Source: an uncultured Bacteroides sp. (lineage in GTDB: Bacteria > Bacteroidota > Bacteroidia > Bacteroidales > Muribaculaceae). From it: a DNA stretch of 64,000 bases. Below are positions 20,130-28,874 of the stretch, one piece after another. The notes under the pieces were generated by a model. It did not search any database, had not been told where the DNA came from, and saw only the letters and a list, made by a program, of their open reading frames with translations. The stretch spans positions 26,536 to 90,535 of the forward strand of contig CAZKSF010000001.1 in NCBI GenBank assembly GCA_964555405.1. The letters are read 5' to 3'. Positions within the stretch are counted from its first letter, which is position 1. Each line of letters opens with the position of its first letter. A program made the translations under genes and the position numbers.

Positions 20130-22067
20130 ATGGGTAAACTTCCACTTCCTATCCTCATATTGATAATAATACTTCCAGCTTATTGCTATGCCGCTACCAC
20201 AGAATCATCTGACACCGCTAAGATTCTGAATGAGGTGGTAGTGACAGCCCATAGACGTCATCTGGCAACCGTTCAGGCGCTTTCCGGTACCGAACTGAAG
20301 GCATTGTCCTCAACATCAATTGCCGATGCACTGAAATATTTCGCAGGAGTACAGATAAAGGACTATGGCGGTCTGGGAGGTATGAAAACAATCAATGTAC
20401 GCTCACTCGGCGCCCAGCATGTAGGGGTATATATCGATGGCGTGCGAATCACCAATGCACAAAACGGGACTGTCGATCTCGGAAAATTTTCCTTATCCAC
20501 TCTTGAATCAGTCTCTCTGTATAATGCCAATAAACTTGACCGATGCCAATCGGCATCGGAATACGCTTCGGGCGCTACCGTCTACCTGCGCACACGGCGT
20601 CCTGAGTCCGATTCTCTCTCAGTGATGGCATCCTTAGGTTCATTTCACACTTATAAAGGTCGTCTTACCGTGCAAATACGGCGCAAAGGCTGGAGCGGAT
20701 TCATTGATGGCGAATATCTTAATTCCAAGGGAGACTATCCCTTTCGATACAAGTCGGAATACGAGGATACCGTCGGCATACGTCGCAATTCCGACATCAA
20801 CTGCTACCGGATAGAAGGGGGTGCATTTCATAAAGGTTTTTCTTCACATGCCTACTGTTATGTATCCGAACGCGGCGTACCTGGAGGTATAGTAAGGCGT
20901 TTGTCAGACAAATATGTAAATGTAGGACGTGAATGGGATGTCGACTGGTTCGGACAAGCTTCATGGTCACACCAGTTTTCCTCCCGTCATCAGATATTGT
21001 TCAATGCCAAATACACTCAGGAATATCTGCGGTATTGTACCGACTATCCGGAAAACCAGAATACAGCCCGGGTGAACAATCATTATTGGCAAAAGGACGC
21101 ATTCGCTTCAGCCGCTTATACTTTAACACCATGCCGGTTTGCATGGATAAATGTAGGTTACGACGCACGCCTGTCATGGCTTAAGGCAGATTTGAAAAAT
21201 TTTCATACTGTCCGCCGTCTCGACCAGAAAGCTGTAGTTGCCGCCCAGGTTACTTATTCCAATACCAGATTGGCGGCATCTCTCCTTTACCAGCATTATA
21301 AAGACCATACTTTGACACATGCCGGAGCCGCGGATCCTCTAAGCAAGTTCACACCGTCGGTCACGTTCGGTTATTCACTAAAAGGATTTTCTTTTCGGGC
21401 ATGGTATAAGCGTATCTTCCGTGTACCCACATTAAATGATCTTTACTATACCCAGGCTGGGAACCGCAGCCTGAAACCGGAATATACACGTCAATACAAT
21501 TTAGGCGCGGAGTACCATTTCAATAATTCATTATGGTCGGCTGACGTGCAGGCTGACGTTTATATCAACCGTATTGAGAACCGTATAGTGTGCCTCCCTC
21601 TGAAGGGTACATATTCATGGTCGATGATGAATTATGGAGAAACCTACTGCCGTGGTCTGAATTCTACCCTGTCAGGAAGATATTCCCCCGGTCACTGGAC
21701 ATTTTCATTACTCGCCTCCCTCACGTGGCAACGCGATCTCAACCGCACCAATCCCGAAAGCCCGTCATACAACCGTCCGATCTGCTACTCCCCCTCACTG
21801 TCATACGGCATAACCGGTATTGTCTGTTGGAATTGGTTCTCTCTCACTCTATCAAGTCTGCACGTCGGTGAACGCATGTGGTCATATGCCGATCCGGAGG
21901 ATGTACTGCAACCGTATAACAACATCGACCTCAAATTGACTGCCGTCGGACGATTGCTTATCGCGTCACTTGAAATAAACGATCTGCTCGATGTGCAATA
22001 TGAACATGTACCGCGCTACCCCATGCCGGGTCGCAGTTTTACTTTTTCTCTCACTGTATCGTTTTAA
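20130..22067 (+). CDS. TonB-dependent receptor, probable cobalamin transporter (BtuB-like)
   Basis: Signal peptide, TonB box LNEVVVTA, plug segment IKDYGGLGGMKTINVRSLG and C-terminal Phe; directly under a B12 riboswitch. Start placed at ATG 20130. Confidence 0.88.
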   Translation: MGKLPLPILILIIILPAYCYAATTESSDTAKILNEVVVTAHRRHLATVQALSGTELKALSSTSIADALKYFAGVQIKDYGGLGGMKTINVRSLGAQHVGVYIDGVRITNAQNGTVDLGKFSLSTLESVSLYNANKLDRCQSASEYASGATVYLRTRRPESDSLSVMASLGSFHTYKGRLTVQIRRKGWSGFIDGEYLNSKGDYPFRYKSEYEDTVGIRRNSDINCYRIEGGAFHKGFSSHAYCYVSERGVPGGIVRRLSDKYVNVGREWDVDWFGQASWSHQFSSRHQILFNAKYTQEYLRYCTDYPENQNTARVNNHYWQKDAFASAAYTLTPCRFAWINVGYDARLSWLKADLKNFHTVRRLDQKAVVAAQVTYSNTRLAASLLYQHYKDHTLTHAGAADPLSKFTPSVTFGYSLKGFSFRAWYKRIFRVPTLNDLYYTQAGNRSLKPEYTRQYNLGAEYHFNNSLWSADVQADVYINRIENRIVCLPLKGTYSWSMMNYGETYCRGLNSTLSGRYSPGHWTFSLLASLTWQRDLNRTNPESPSYNRPICYSPSLSYGITGIVCWNWFSLTLSSLHVGERMWSYADPEDVLQPYNNIDLKLTAVGRLLIASLEINDLLDVQYEHVPRYPMPGRSFTFSLTVSF

Positions 22068-22088
22068 ACAAACCCTAAATATCAATCA

Positions 22089-23375
22089 ATGAACAGAATC
22101 CGTTCCTTTTTAACCTGTCTGTCGGTATGTGCTGTAATAACGTCTCCGGCATTAGCACAGGAAAAAATCATTCTTCTCAATGAAGGTACCTGGCAGTCTG
22201 ACAACGGCAGAATCACTTACTTTGAGGATGGCAAGATAATCAGCAACCAATGGTTCCGTGATGTAAACGGATCCAAGCTTGGAGACACGCCAAATGACAT
22301 CATCGCTGTCAACGACAATCTGATAGCCATCGCTTTAAACTGGTCGAATATCGTGCAGTTCATAACTCCCGAAGGCGAGGCTGTCGCAGCTACCGAGGAT
22401 GTTCCCAACAACCGCAAGTTAGCCTCCGATGGCGAATACGTTTATGTTACTTCCTACGCTCACGAGTGTCTTGTAGGGAACACCTATGAAACTTTCACCA
22501 AAGGATTTGTCGCCAAGATAGATGCAACTACATTCCGGGTAGTTTCAGCTTGTGAAGTGGGCTACGAGCCGGAGGGGATCGCCTTCTATAAGGGTCACCT
22601 TTTCGTTGCCAATTCCGGCGGATACGCCTATCAGGAAGCACACGACTACGAAAAGACCGTAAGCATTATCGACGCAGAAACAATGGAAGTAGTCCGCACC
22701 GTCGATACCGGACAGATCAATCTCTACGGCAATATGTCGCAGTGCGGGCAGTATCTGTGCATCAATTCACCCGGCGACTACTACACTACACCGGCATCCA
22801 CAATTATCTTCGATTGCCAGGCTGCACTTACCGGTAGTCCTGATGAGGAATGTTTCGTTAAACTTGACTACTCCGCGACGTACAGCTGTGTCACCACCGA
22901 TGACAGATTCTATGCCATAGGCTCCCGCTATTCCTATTATACCGGAGAATACACATTCAATTATATTATCATCGATCCTGCCGATGTGATGGAATCGGCA
23001 GGACATACGGGGATTGATAACCATTTCCCCGGGACGGTTCTTGAGGACTTGAAGAAGATGGATATGCCATACGGCATATATGTCAATCCATATACCGGCT
23101 ACATCTATGCGACAGATGCCGGAGGATTTGTCGAGGGAGGTACGCTTTACCAATGGTCGCCCGAAGGAACATTGCTGGGTAAACATGGCGTATACATCAA
23201 TCCGGGACATTTCCTTGCCCTTAAACCCGACAATTGGGAAGGCGGTATTGAAGAAATCAATGCCGGATCAACCGACCCGGATACCCCGTTATACAACCTC
23301 CAGGGTATAAGGATAACAAAACCGGTTCCCGGTGAAATATACATACAACGAGGCAAAAAATTCATTTTACACTAA
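22089..23375 (+). CDS. YncE/BtuG-like beta-propeller with T9SS-type C-terminal domain
   Basis: LNEG...FRDVNGSKLGD, VGYEPEGIA...LFVANSGG and GDYY motifs; SPI-type signal peptide (ALA-Q); tail GIEEI...LYNLQGIRI...IYIQRGKKFILH. Confidence 0.8.
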   Translation: MNRIRSFLTCLSVCAVITSPALAQEKIILLNEGTWQSDNGRITYFEDGKIISNQWFRDVNGSKLGDTPNDIIAVNDNLIAIALNWSNIVQFITPEGEAVAATEDVPNNRKLASDGEYVYVTSYAHECLVGNTYETFTKGFVAKIDATTFRVVSACEVGYEPEGIAFYKGHLFVANSGGYAYQEAHDYEKTVSIIDAETMEVVRTVDTGQINLYGNMSQCGQYLCINSPGDYYTTPASTIIFDCQAALTGSPDEECFVKLDYSATYSCVTTDDRFYAIGSRYSYYTGEYTFNYIIIDPADVMESAGHTGIDNHFPGTVLEDLKKMDMPYGIYVNPYTGYIYATDAGGFVEGGTLYQWSPEGTLLGKHGVYINPGHFLALKPDNWEGGIEEINAGSTDPDTPLYNLQGIRITKPVPGEIYIQRGKKFILH

Positions 23376-23391
23376 TCATAAATTCTTCCAT

Positions 23392-25602
23392 ATGAAACTA
23401 AAGCAATTATTGATTCCGCTGATGTTTTCAACATTGGCTTTCAGTGCCCAGGCTATCCGGGTAAATGTCTGGACAATGAACAACACCGACAAGATACTGA
23501 AACTTGTCAACAAAGAAACCGGAGAAAATATCGATGTCGGCGATATCGACGGATGGACCTACGACTTTACAGCGGATCCCGGTCTGTATGAATTCAGCAT
23601 GTATGAACCCGATGGAGAAACTTTTATCGGCGCTCTTGAATATGAGATCGTTGACGATGGCAAAGAACCGACTATAATGCTGTATAGAGCAACCGTCACA
23701 GTAAACAATTCTAACACTGACGGATCCGGATGGATTGAGGACGAAGATTATACCGTGACAGTCGGACTAAAAACTCAGCAGAATGATCCCATAGTCATTC
23801 GTACCGGGCACAACTCCGCTGGCACATTAACCATGCTTACCCGATCCGGAACAACGATTGCCGGTACAGCGATTCCATCCGAGGCGAAAAAAGTTGAAGG
23901 ATTTATGGAATATTCCGCCACAAGAGCGGTAACCAATAACTCTACACTAGATCTGACAATGCCTATGGGTGTGACCGCCACGGTGACTCTGCCAAAGGAT
24001 GCCGGAATACAGATCGGAGCCAAGAAAGCTCATTTTGTCGATTTTACACTTTTCGAACCGGTTGATGAAACTGTCGAGGGAGATAACAGGATTATTTCAT
24101 ACAGAGTCCTCCCTAATTCAACGATCAATTACCGGACATGGCGTGAGGGCGGACTGACACGTGCAGGATACTTCACTTCCGGCAAAGATGCAACGACAAC
24201 GTCCATATTTTTTATCGGCGAGGACTATGAAGCTTTCGATCCAAAGGAATATAATCAGGACGTGAATTCCAACAATGGGTATGAGACCGGTGACATTTTT
24301 ATAAATGGCAATGAGCGCGGACACATCAGTCTTGCAGTCGGTGAATCATTCAAGGCTCACGCAATGCGTTCCTGGCAATTGACCGACAATTCCACCGGCA
24401 ATTACTTTATGGAACCCGATTTTCACTACACTGTGATTGGAACGGATGGGAAACCATTGGAAGGAGTACTCGAACTTAACTCGAAGGAAGGTTCTGCATG
24501 GACCGAGATAAAAGCTTTGGCGGAAGGTACGGCAATCGTTCTCGTCACTTATGATGCCATGGGAGTGAACTATTATAGTAATGGAGTGCGTAAACCCTAT
24601 ATGGGTGGAGAAATCTGGGGTGCCATCTGGCCTGAGAACACTGCGGTATTTGTAGTGACCGTAGGACAGCAGGAATCATTTGCCGATCCTCTGATGATTG
24701 TAAATGAAGACTATAATACAGGTACTCTTAAGGTAGCCGGAAAATATGTCGATGCCGAACACGACGTATTTTATTATCTTGACAGTGAGGAGGGTTTCAA
24801 ATATACATTCACGCCTGAAAACGTTGAAGACATTACAATCGCTTATCCTGAAATTACAGAAACTTCCGTCAGCTATAATGGATTTACTTCCGAGGGAGTA
24901 ATCAGGAATACGGACGGCTCCTGGACTGTATTACTGAAGCACGGTCGCCAGATAGTCAGGATGACAGATGCCTCCGGTGCATCTGCTTATCAGGTGATTC
25001 GAGGCAGAAAATGTCACCGGGAAATCGAAAACACAACACGTCCGGGGAGCGATATATATTATCCGGGAGATAAGGTAAAAATCCAATATTCCGGTCTTTT
25101 CCACCCGGCGAACAAACTTGCCGGTATCTACAATATGTCGGCATATGTGACCTATAATGGAATCCCGAACGGTACGAGTCTGATATTAGGAGCCGGTCAG
25201 TACACATTCGGTTCCGCACCCGGTGCGCAGGCGGTCACAATTGACATCCCGGCAGACTTTGATACTGAAGCAAATCCTACGATCTCACTCACTGACGGAG
25301 TGATTCAGGTGAGCGGTTACGGAGATCCGGTAGGTAATCACCGTTTCATTGATCCCGAGAATGGTAGAAATGCCAATTTCACGGCGCAGGCACACAAGAC
25401 TTATTTTGGATCAATTCCGGATACGGAATTATCTGTTCATCCATACAATTCATCCATAATCAATGTAGAGTCTGATGTGGAGGATTTTGGCAATGCCCGT
25501 TGGTTCAATTTGCAGGGTATTGAAGTGGCAGCTCCTGATGCCGGCTCACACGGCGTATTTATCCGCGTGACCAACGGTAAAACCGAAAAAATAGTTTTAT
25601 AA
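23392..25602 (+). CDS. Hypothetical secreted beta-rich protein with T9SS-type C-terminal domain
   Basis: Signal peptide MKLKQLLIPLMFSTLAFSAQA; tail SSIINV...RWFNLQGIEV...GVFIRVTNGKTEKIVL; no catalytic motif recognised. Start placed at ATG 23392. Confidence 0.75.
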   Translation: MKLKQLLIPLMFSTLAFSAQAIRVNVWTMNNTDKILKLVNKETGENIDVGDIDGWTYDFTADPGLYEFSMYEPDGETFIGALEYEIVDDGKEPTIMLYRATVTVNNSNTDGSGWIEDEDYTVTVGLKTQQNDPIVIRTGHNSAGTLTMLTRSGTTIAGTAIPSEAKKVEGFMEYSATRAVTNNSTLDLTMPMGVTATVTLPKDAGIQIGAKKAHFVDFTLFEPVDETVEGDNRIISYRVLPNSTINYRTWREGGLTRAGYFTSGKDATTTSIFFIGEDYEAFDPKEYNQDVNSNNGYETGDIFINGNERGHISLAVGESFKAHAMRSWQLTDNSTGNYFMEPDFHYTVIGTDGKPLEGVLELNSKEGSAWTEIKALAEGTAIVLVTYDAMGVNYYSNGVRKPYMGGEIWGAIWPENTAVFVVTVGQQESFADPLMIVNEDYNTGTLKVAGKYVDAEHDVFYYLDSEEGFKYTFTPENVEDITIAYPEITETSVSYNGFTSEGVIRNTDGSWTVLLKHGRQIVRMTDASGASAYQVIRGRKCHREIENTTRPGSDIYYPGDKVKIQYSGLFHPANKLAGIYNMSAYVTYNGIPNGTSLILGAGQYTFGSAPGAQAVTIDIPADFDTEANPTISLTDGVIQVSGYGDPVGNHRFIDPENGRNANFTAQAHKTYFGSIPDTELSVHPYNSSIINVESDVEDFGNARWFNLQGIEVAAPDAGSHGVFIRVTNGKTEKIVL

Positions 25603-25615
25603 TTTTCTGCTTGTA

Positions 25616-25662
25616 AATTAACCCCGCAACTATTGAAACTTCAACAAGTTGCGGGGTTAATT
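25616..25662. terminator. Bidirectional terminator
   Basis: Perfect 16-bp inverted repeat aattaaccccgcaact / agttgcggggttaatt between convergent genes. Confidence 0.85.
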
Positions 25663-25703
25663 GTATTCAGTACGAATTATACGTCCAAATGTCAGGTGAC
25701 CGG

Positions 25704-26399
25704 TTAAAAATTGAAGGGATACTGCGAGGATGATTCCGCCATCTGAACCTCATATTCTTCCCGGTTAAAACTGAACAACTGAGGTGGACGATGTGCCAGA
25801 CGCATGTAGGCTATGCCTTCGGGCTTGAGTAACTCTGTCGCAATGACCTTACGGTAAAAATTACGCCGGTCATATTCCGTATTATTAAGAACCTCCATAA
25901 TACGCTGCAATTCACTTATTGAGAATTTAAATGGAAGTAATTCAAAAACTACCGGGTGTGTATGCGAACGGTTGCGTAAAGCTGTAAACGCGGCGTCTAC
26001 TATAAGATCATGATCGAGGACTGTCTCGTCAGGAAGTTCCTCGATAGGGAACCATGCAGCCCGTAAAGCATTATTTCGGTTATTTATCTGAACGCTACCT
26101 TTTGCCACCAATGCCATGACGCCTACGGCGACTGACCGTTCACGTGGATCACGTGCTGGCTCACTGAACACACCAAATTGCTCCATATATGCGCCGATTA
26201 TTCCAGTCTCCGAGTTAAGGATACGGATCGCGCTCAACTCCACAGTTTCATTTTCTTCAAGGAAACCTTCGGGTAGTGACCATGCCCCTTCAAAGGGATC
26301 GGTATTTCGCTGCACCAATAGAACGTTTAGTCCCACACCGTCGAAGCCAAAGACAACGACATTGACAGCAACCGCCGGATGATGAATATTTTTACTCAT
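25704..26399 (-). CDS. NrtR-family transcriptional regulator (Nudix plus winged helix)
   Basis: VNVVVFGFD, WSLPEGF, QFGVF..P.RDPRER, FDH-like LDH and C-terminal DRRNFYRK...HRPPQLF. Confidence 0.88.
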   Translation of the reverse strand: MSKNIHHPAVAVNVVVFGFDGVGLNVLLVQRNTDPFEGAWSLPEGFLEENETVELSAIRILNSETGIIGAYMEQFGVFSEPARDPRERSVAVGVMALVAKGSVQINNRNNALRAAWFPIEELPDETVLDHDLIVDAAFTALRNRSHTHPVVFELLPFKFSISELQRIMEVLNNTEYDRRNFYRKVIATELLKPEGIAYMRLAHRPPQLFSFNREEYEVQMAESSSQYPFNF

Positions 26400-26515
26400 T
26401 TATTTTAGCTGAATCAGGGCACAAAGGTAGTAACTCTTGCGGAAAAATCCAATTTTGAACCGCTAAAATAGCACACTTTCTATTCCGAAATATCGTTTTT
26501 GTCCAATTTTGGGAT

Positions 26516-28840
26516 TTAGAACGGATACCCGATTGCAAGGTGCAGAGCCATCCTTCTCCAGAAGCTTCCGGTCATATTATAATAGCCGCTTTTTCCAGTT
26601 TCGTAAGGTGCGTGAATACCTATTCCGAGATCAAGACGGAGTACCATCATGCCCAGATCGAAACGCAAACCCGTACCTGTGCCGAGTGCCAGATCACGCA
26701 GGAATGTGTTTGCACGCAATTCACCGCCCGGACGGTTAGGATCCTTTTTAAGCAGCCACACATTTCCCGCGTCCAGGAATAGTGCGCCATGAAGCGGACC
26801 CACAATCGGGAAGCGGTATTCCACATTTGCCTCAAACTTGAAAGTACCTGTCTGGTCAAAATAACCGTTAATCTCACTGGCGGGTGCCTTGTAGCTTCCC
26901 GGACCGATACTGCGCACCGTAAATGCCCTGACTGAGTTGGCGCCGCCACAGTAGAATTGCTCGCTGTACGGCACCTGGCTGGCATTACCATAGGCATGGG
27001 CCGCTCCTGCAGCCACACGCGAAACGATCCAGTTGTCACCCGTCAACCGGCGACCGTAAACCAACTGTGTCTGTCCCTTTACGAACTGCGAGAAAGGTGT
27101 GCCGAACAGATACTTCTCGCCGTGCTTGCCACACAACTCGTATATGCTCCAGAATACATTGCCGGCTTCCTGTACGGTAAACTGCCAGTTAATGGTGTTG
27201 TCGCGGTCAAGTATCCTGTCATATATATAGCTGAACTGCATCTGCGGTACGAACTGGTCACGGAAACTCATGGCAATCGCCTGGTTGGCATCCATTATCG
27301 AATCAAAGACAGGAGTGGTGTTGAGCAACTTGTTATATGTGAGCTTGAACAGTGTGAAACTGGTGTTTACATGTCGTGTGGCACGCCAGTCGTAGCTGAA
27401 TGAAGTATTGAATTGAGCCATCCTGAAATAATGAGGACGGTTAAGCAGGTCGCCGTTCAGCGATATCTTGGTCCAGTTGACACTACGGCGTGATCGCGGT
27501 ATGAATCGCGGAGCAAGCAGGCGCGGGAACGACAATGTTCCGGTCAGACCGATCTCATATGAGTTGAATACCGATCTGTTCGCTTCGTGACCGGTCTGCC
27601 ATTCATATGTGCCGTTCAACGCCACTGTCAGCAGTTCTCCCCCGCCGAAAAGATTACGGTTGGTGAGTCCGATATTTACACCCGGTCCGATGTAACTGTT
27701 CGATTTCGACGACACGTTCATTTCAAAGCTTACCTCCAGCGGTTTGTCGAAAGTACAGGATATGTCCACATCGAGTACATGCTCTCCGTCCTTTTCGAGA
27801 GCGCTGTCCGGATATGCCTGTATATCGATACCGTTGAATATGCCCAGACGTGCAAGATACGTCTGCGTGCGGTTCATATCGTTAACCGAGAACACTTTTC
27901 CTTTACGGAAGGTGATACATTCCGGAATTAGTTTTTCACGCAGGCGTGACGGGCGCATCACTATCACTTTACCGCGCGAAGTATCGAGTGTATCGGGTGT
28001 TCCCCCGCCATTGTTGCGGTATACCCGGGTCGTGACAGTTCCGGTGCGATAGCGCCACAATGCCTGTGGCGCCACGTTGGAGGCTACTGTCATGCGTAAC
28101 GCTATATGACCGGGATTTATCAGTGAATCCGCAAGATATTCGATGAATTCCGGTTTAAAGAAATAATATCCCCTGTTTCGCAATGCGTTGGTAATGCGTA
28201 TACGTTCCGCCGACAATGAATCCGTACAATATCGCACACCTTTTTGCAGGTATGTGCCCTTATGTGCTATGGAATCGATAAAATGATACAGCATACAGGT
28301 ATCAGGGAGAAGTTCTATTGAATCGATATTGAAAACCGGACCCGGATCAACTTTATACAGTATGCTCGCCTTACGCTTGTTCTTCCGTTGCACGAGTTCG
28401 TAGGACGCGCTTCCGCGAAAATAACCGTTGTTATCGAGTATCTGACCTATCATGTGCGTGCGCACTTCCGGACGTACATCTGACACAAGCACAGGTTCAC
28501 TCACAAGAAGATCATACATCCAGTGTTTAAATCCTTTGCCCGGGTCATCCCAGTGATTCCACACCCACAATCCCAAGGGGAAAGGATAGCGCAGATAGCC
28601 TCCGCTCAACGGAAGCATATTGTTAGGCTTGACATATACCGCCGAGCTAACCTGCGAACTGACCCCTTCGGCAAGCTTCTCCCCTTTTGGCATATCATAT
28701 TTGACTCCCTTTATACCGGTATAAAGAATTTCGCCTTCAGGCAAACGGCTGGTAGTAGAGCACGATGTTATACCGCAAGCCGCTGCTATAAGTAACAGAT
28801 GCAGCATATATCGTGCGAGTGATGAATTGAAGCTCTTCAT
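26516..28840 (-). CDS. TamA/BamA-family outer membrane assembly protein (lipoprotein)
   Basis: Lipobox ITSC, POTRA-like region, FYCGGANSVRAF, FLDAGNVW, GLRFD and terminal IGYPF; downstream of the TamB-like gene. Confidence 0.9.
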   Translation of the reverse strand: MKSFNSSLARYMLHLLLIAAACGITSCSTTSRLPEGEILYTGIKGVKYDMPKGEKLAEGVSSQVSSAVYVKPNNMLPLSGGYLRYPFPLGLWVWNHWDDPGKGFKHWMYDLLVSEPVLVSDVRPEVRTHMIGQILDNNGYFRGSASYELVQRKNKRKASILYKVDPGPVFNIDSIELLPDTCMLYHFIDSIAHKGTYLQKGVRYCTDSLSAERIRITNALRNRGYYFFKPEFIEYLADSLINPGHIALRMTVASNVAPQALWRYRTGTVTTRVYRNNGGGTPDTLDTSRGKVIVMRPSRLREKLIPECITFRKGKVFSVNDMNRTQTYLARLGIFNGIDIQAYPDSALEKDGEHVLDVDISCTFDKPLEVSFEMNVSSKSNSYIGPGVNIGLTNRNLFGGGELLTVALNGTYEWQTGHEANRSVFNSYEIGLTGTLSFPRLLAPRFIPRSRRSVNWTKISLNGDLLNRPHYFRMAQFNTSFSYDWRATRHVNTSFTLFKLTYNKLLNTTPVFDSIMDANQAIAMSFRDQFVPQMQFSYIYDRILDRDNTINWQFTVQEAGNVFWSIYELCGKHGEKYLFGTPFSQFVKGQTQLVYGRRLTGDNWIVSRVAAGAAHAYGNASQVPYSEQFYCGGANSVRAFTVRSIGPGSYKAPASEINGYFDQTGTFKFEANVEYRFPIVGPLHGALFLDAGNVWLLKKDPNRPGGELRANTFLRDLALGTGTGLRFDLGMMVLRLDLGIGIHAPYETGKSGYYNMTGSFWRRMALHLAIGYPF

Positions 28841-28874
28841 TATTGTCGGGTAATGAGCATTTGGTTTAATAAAG

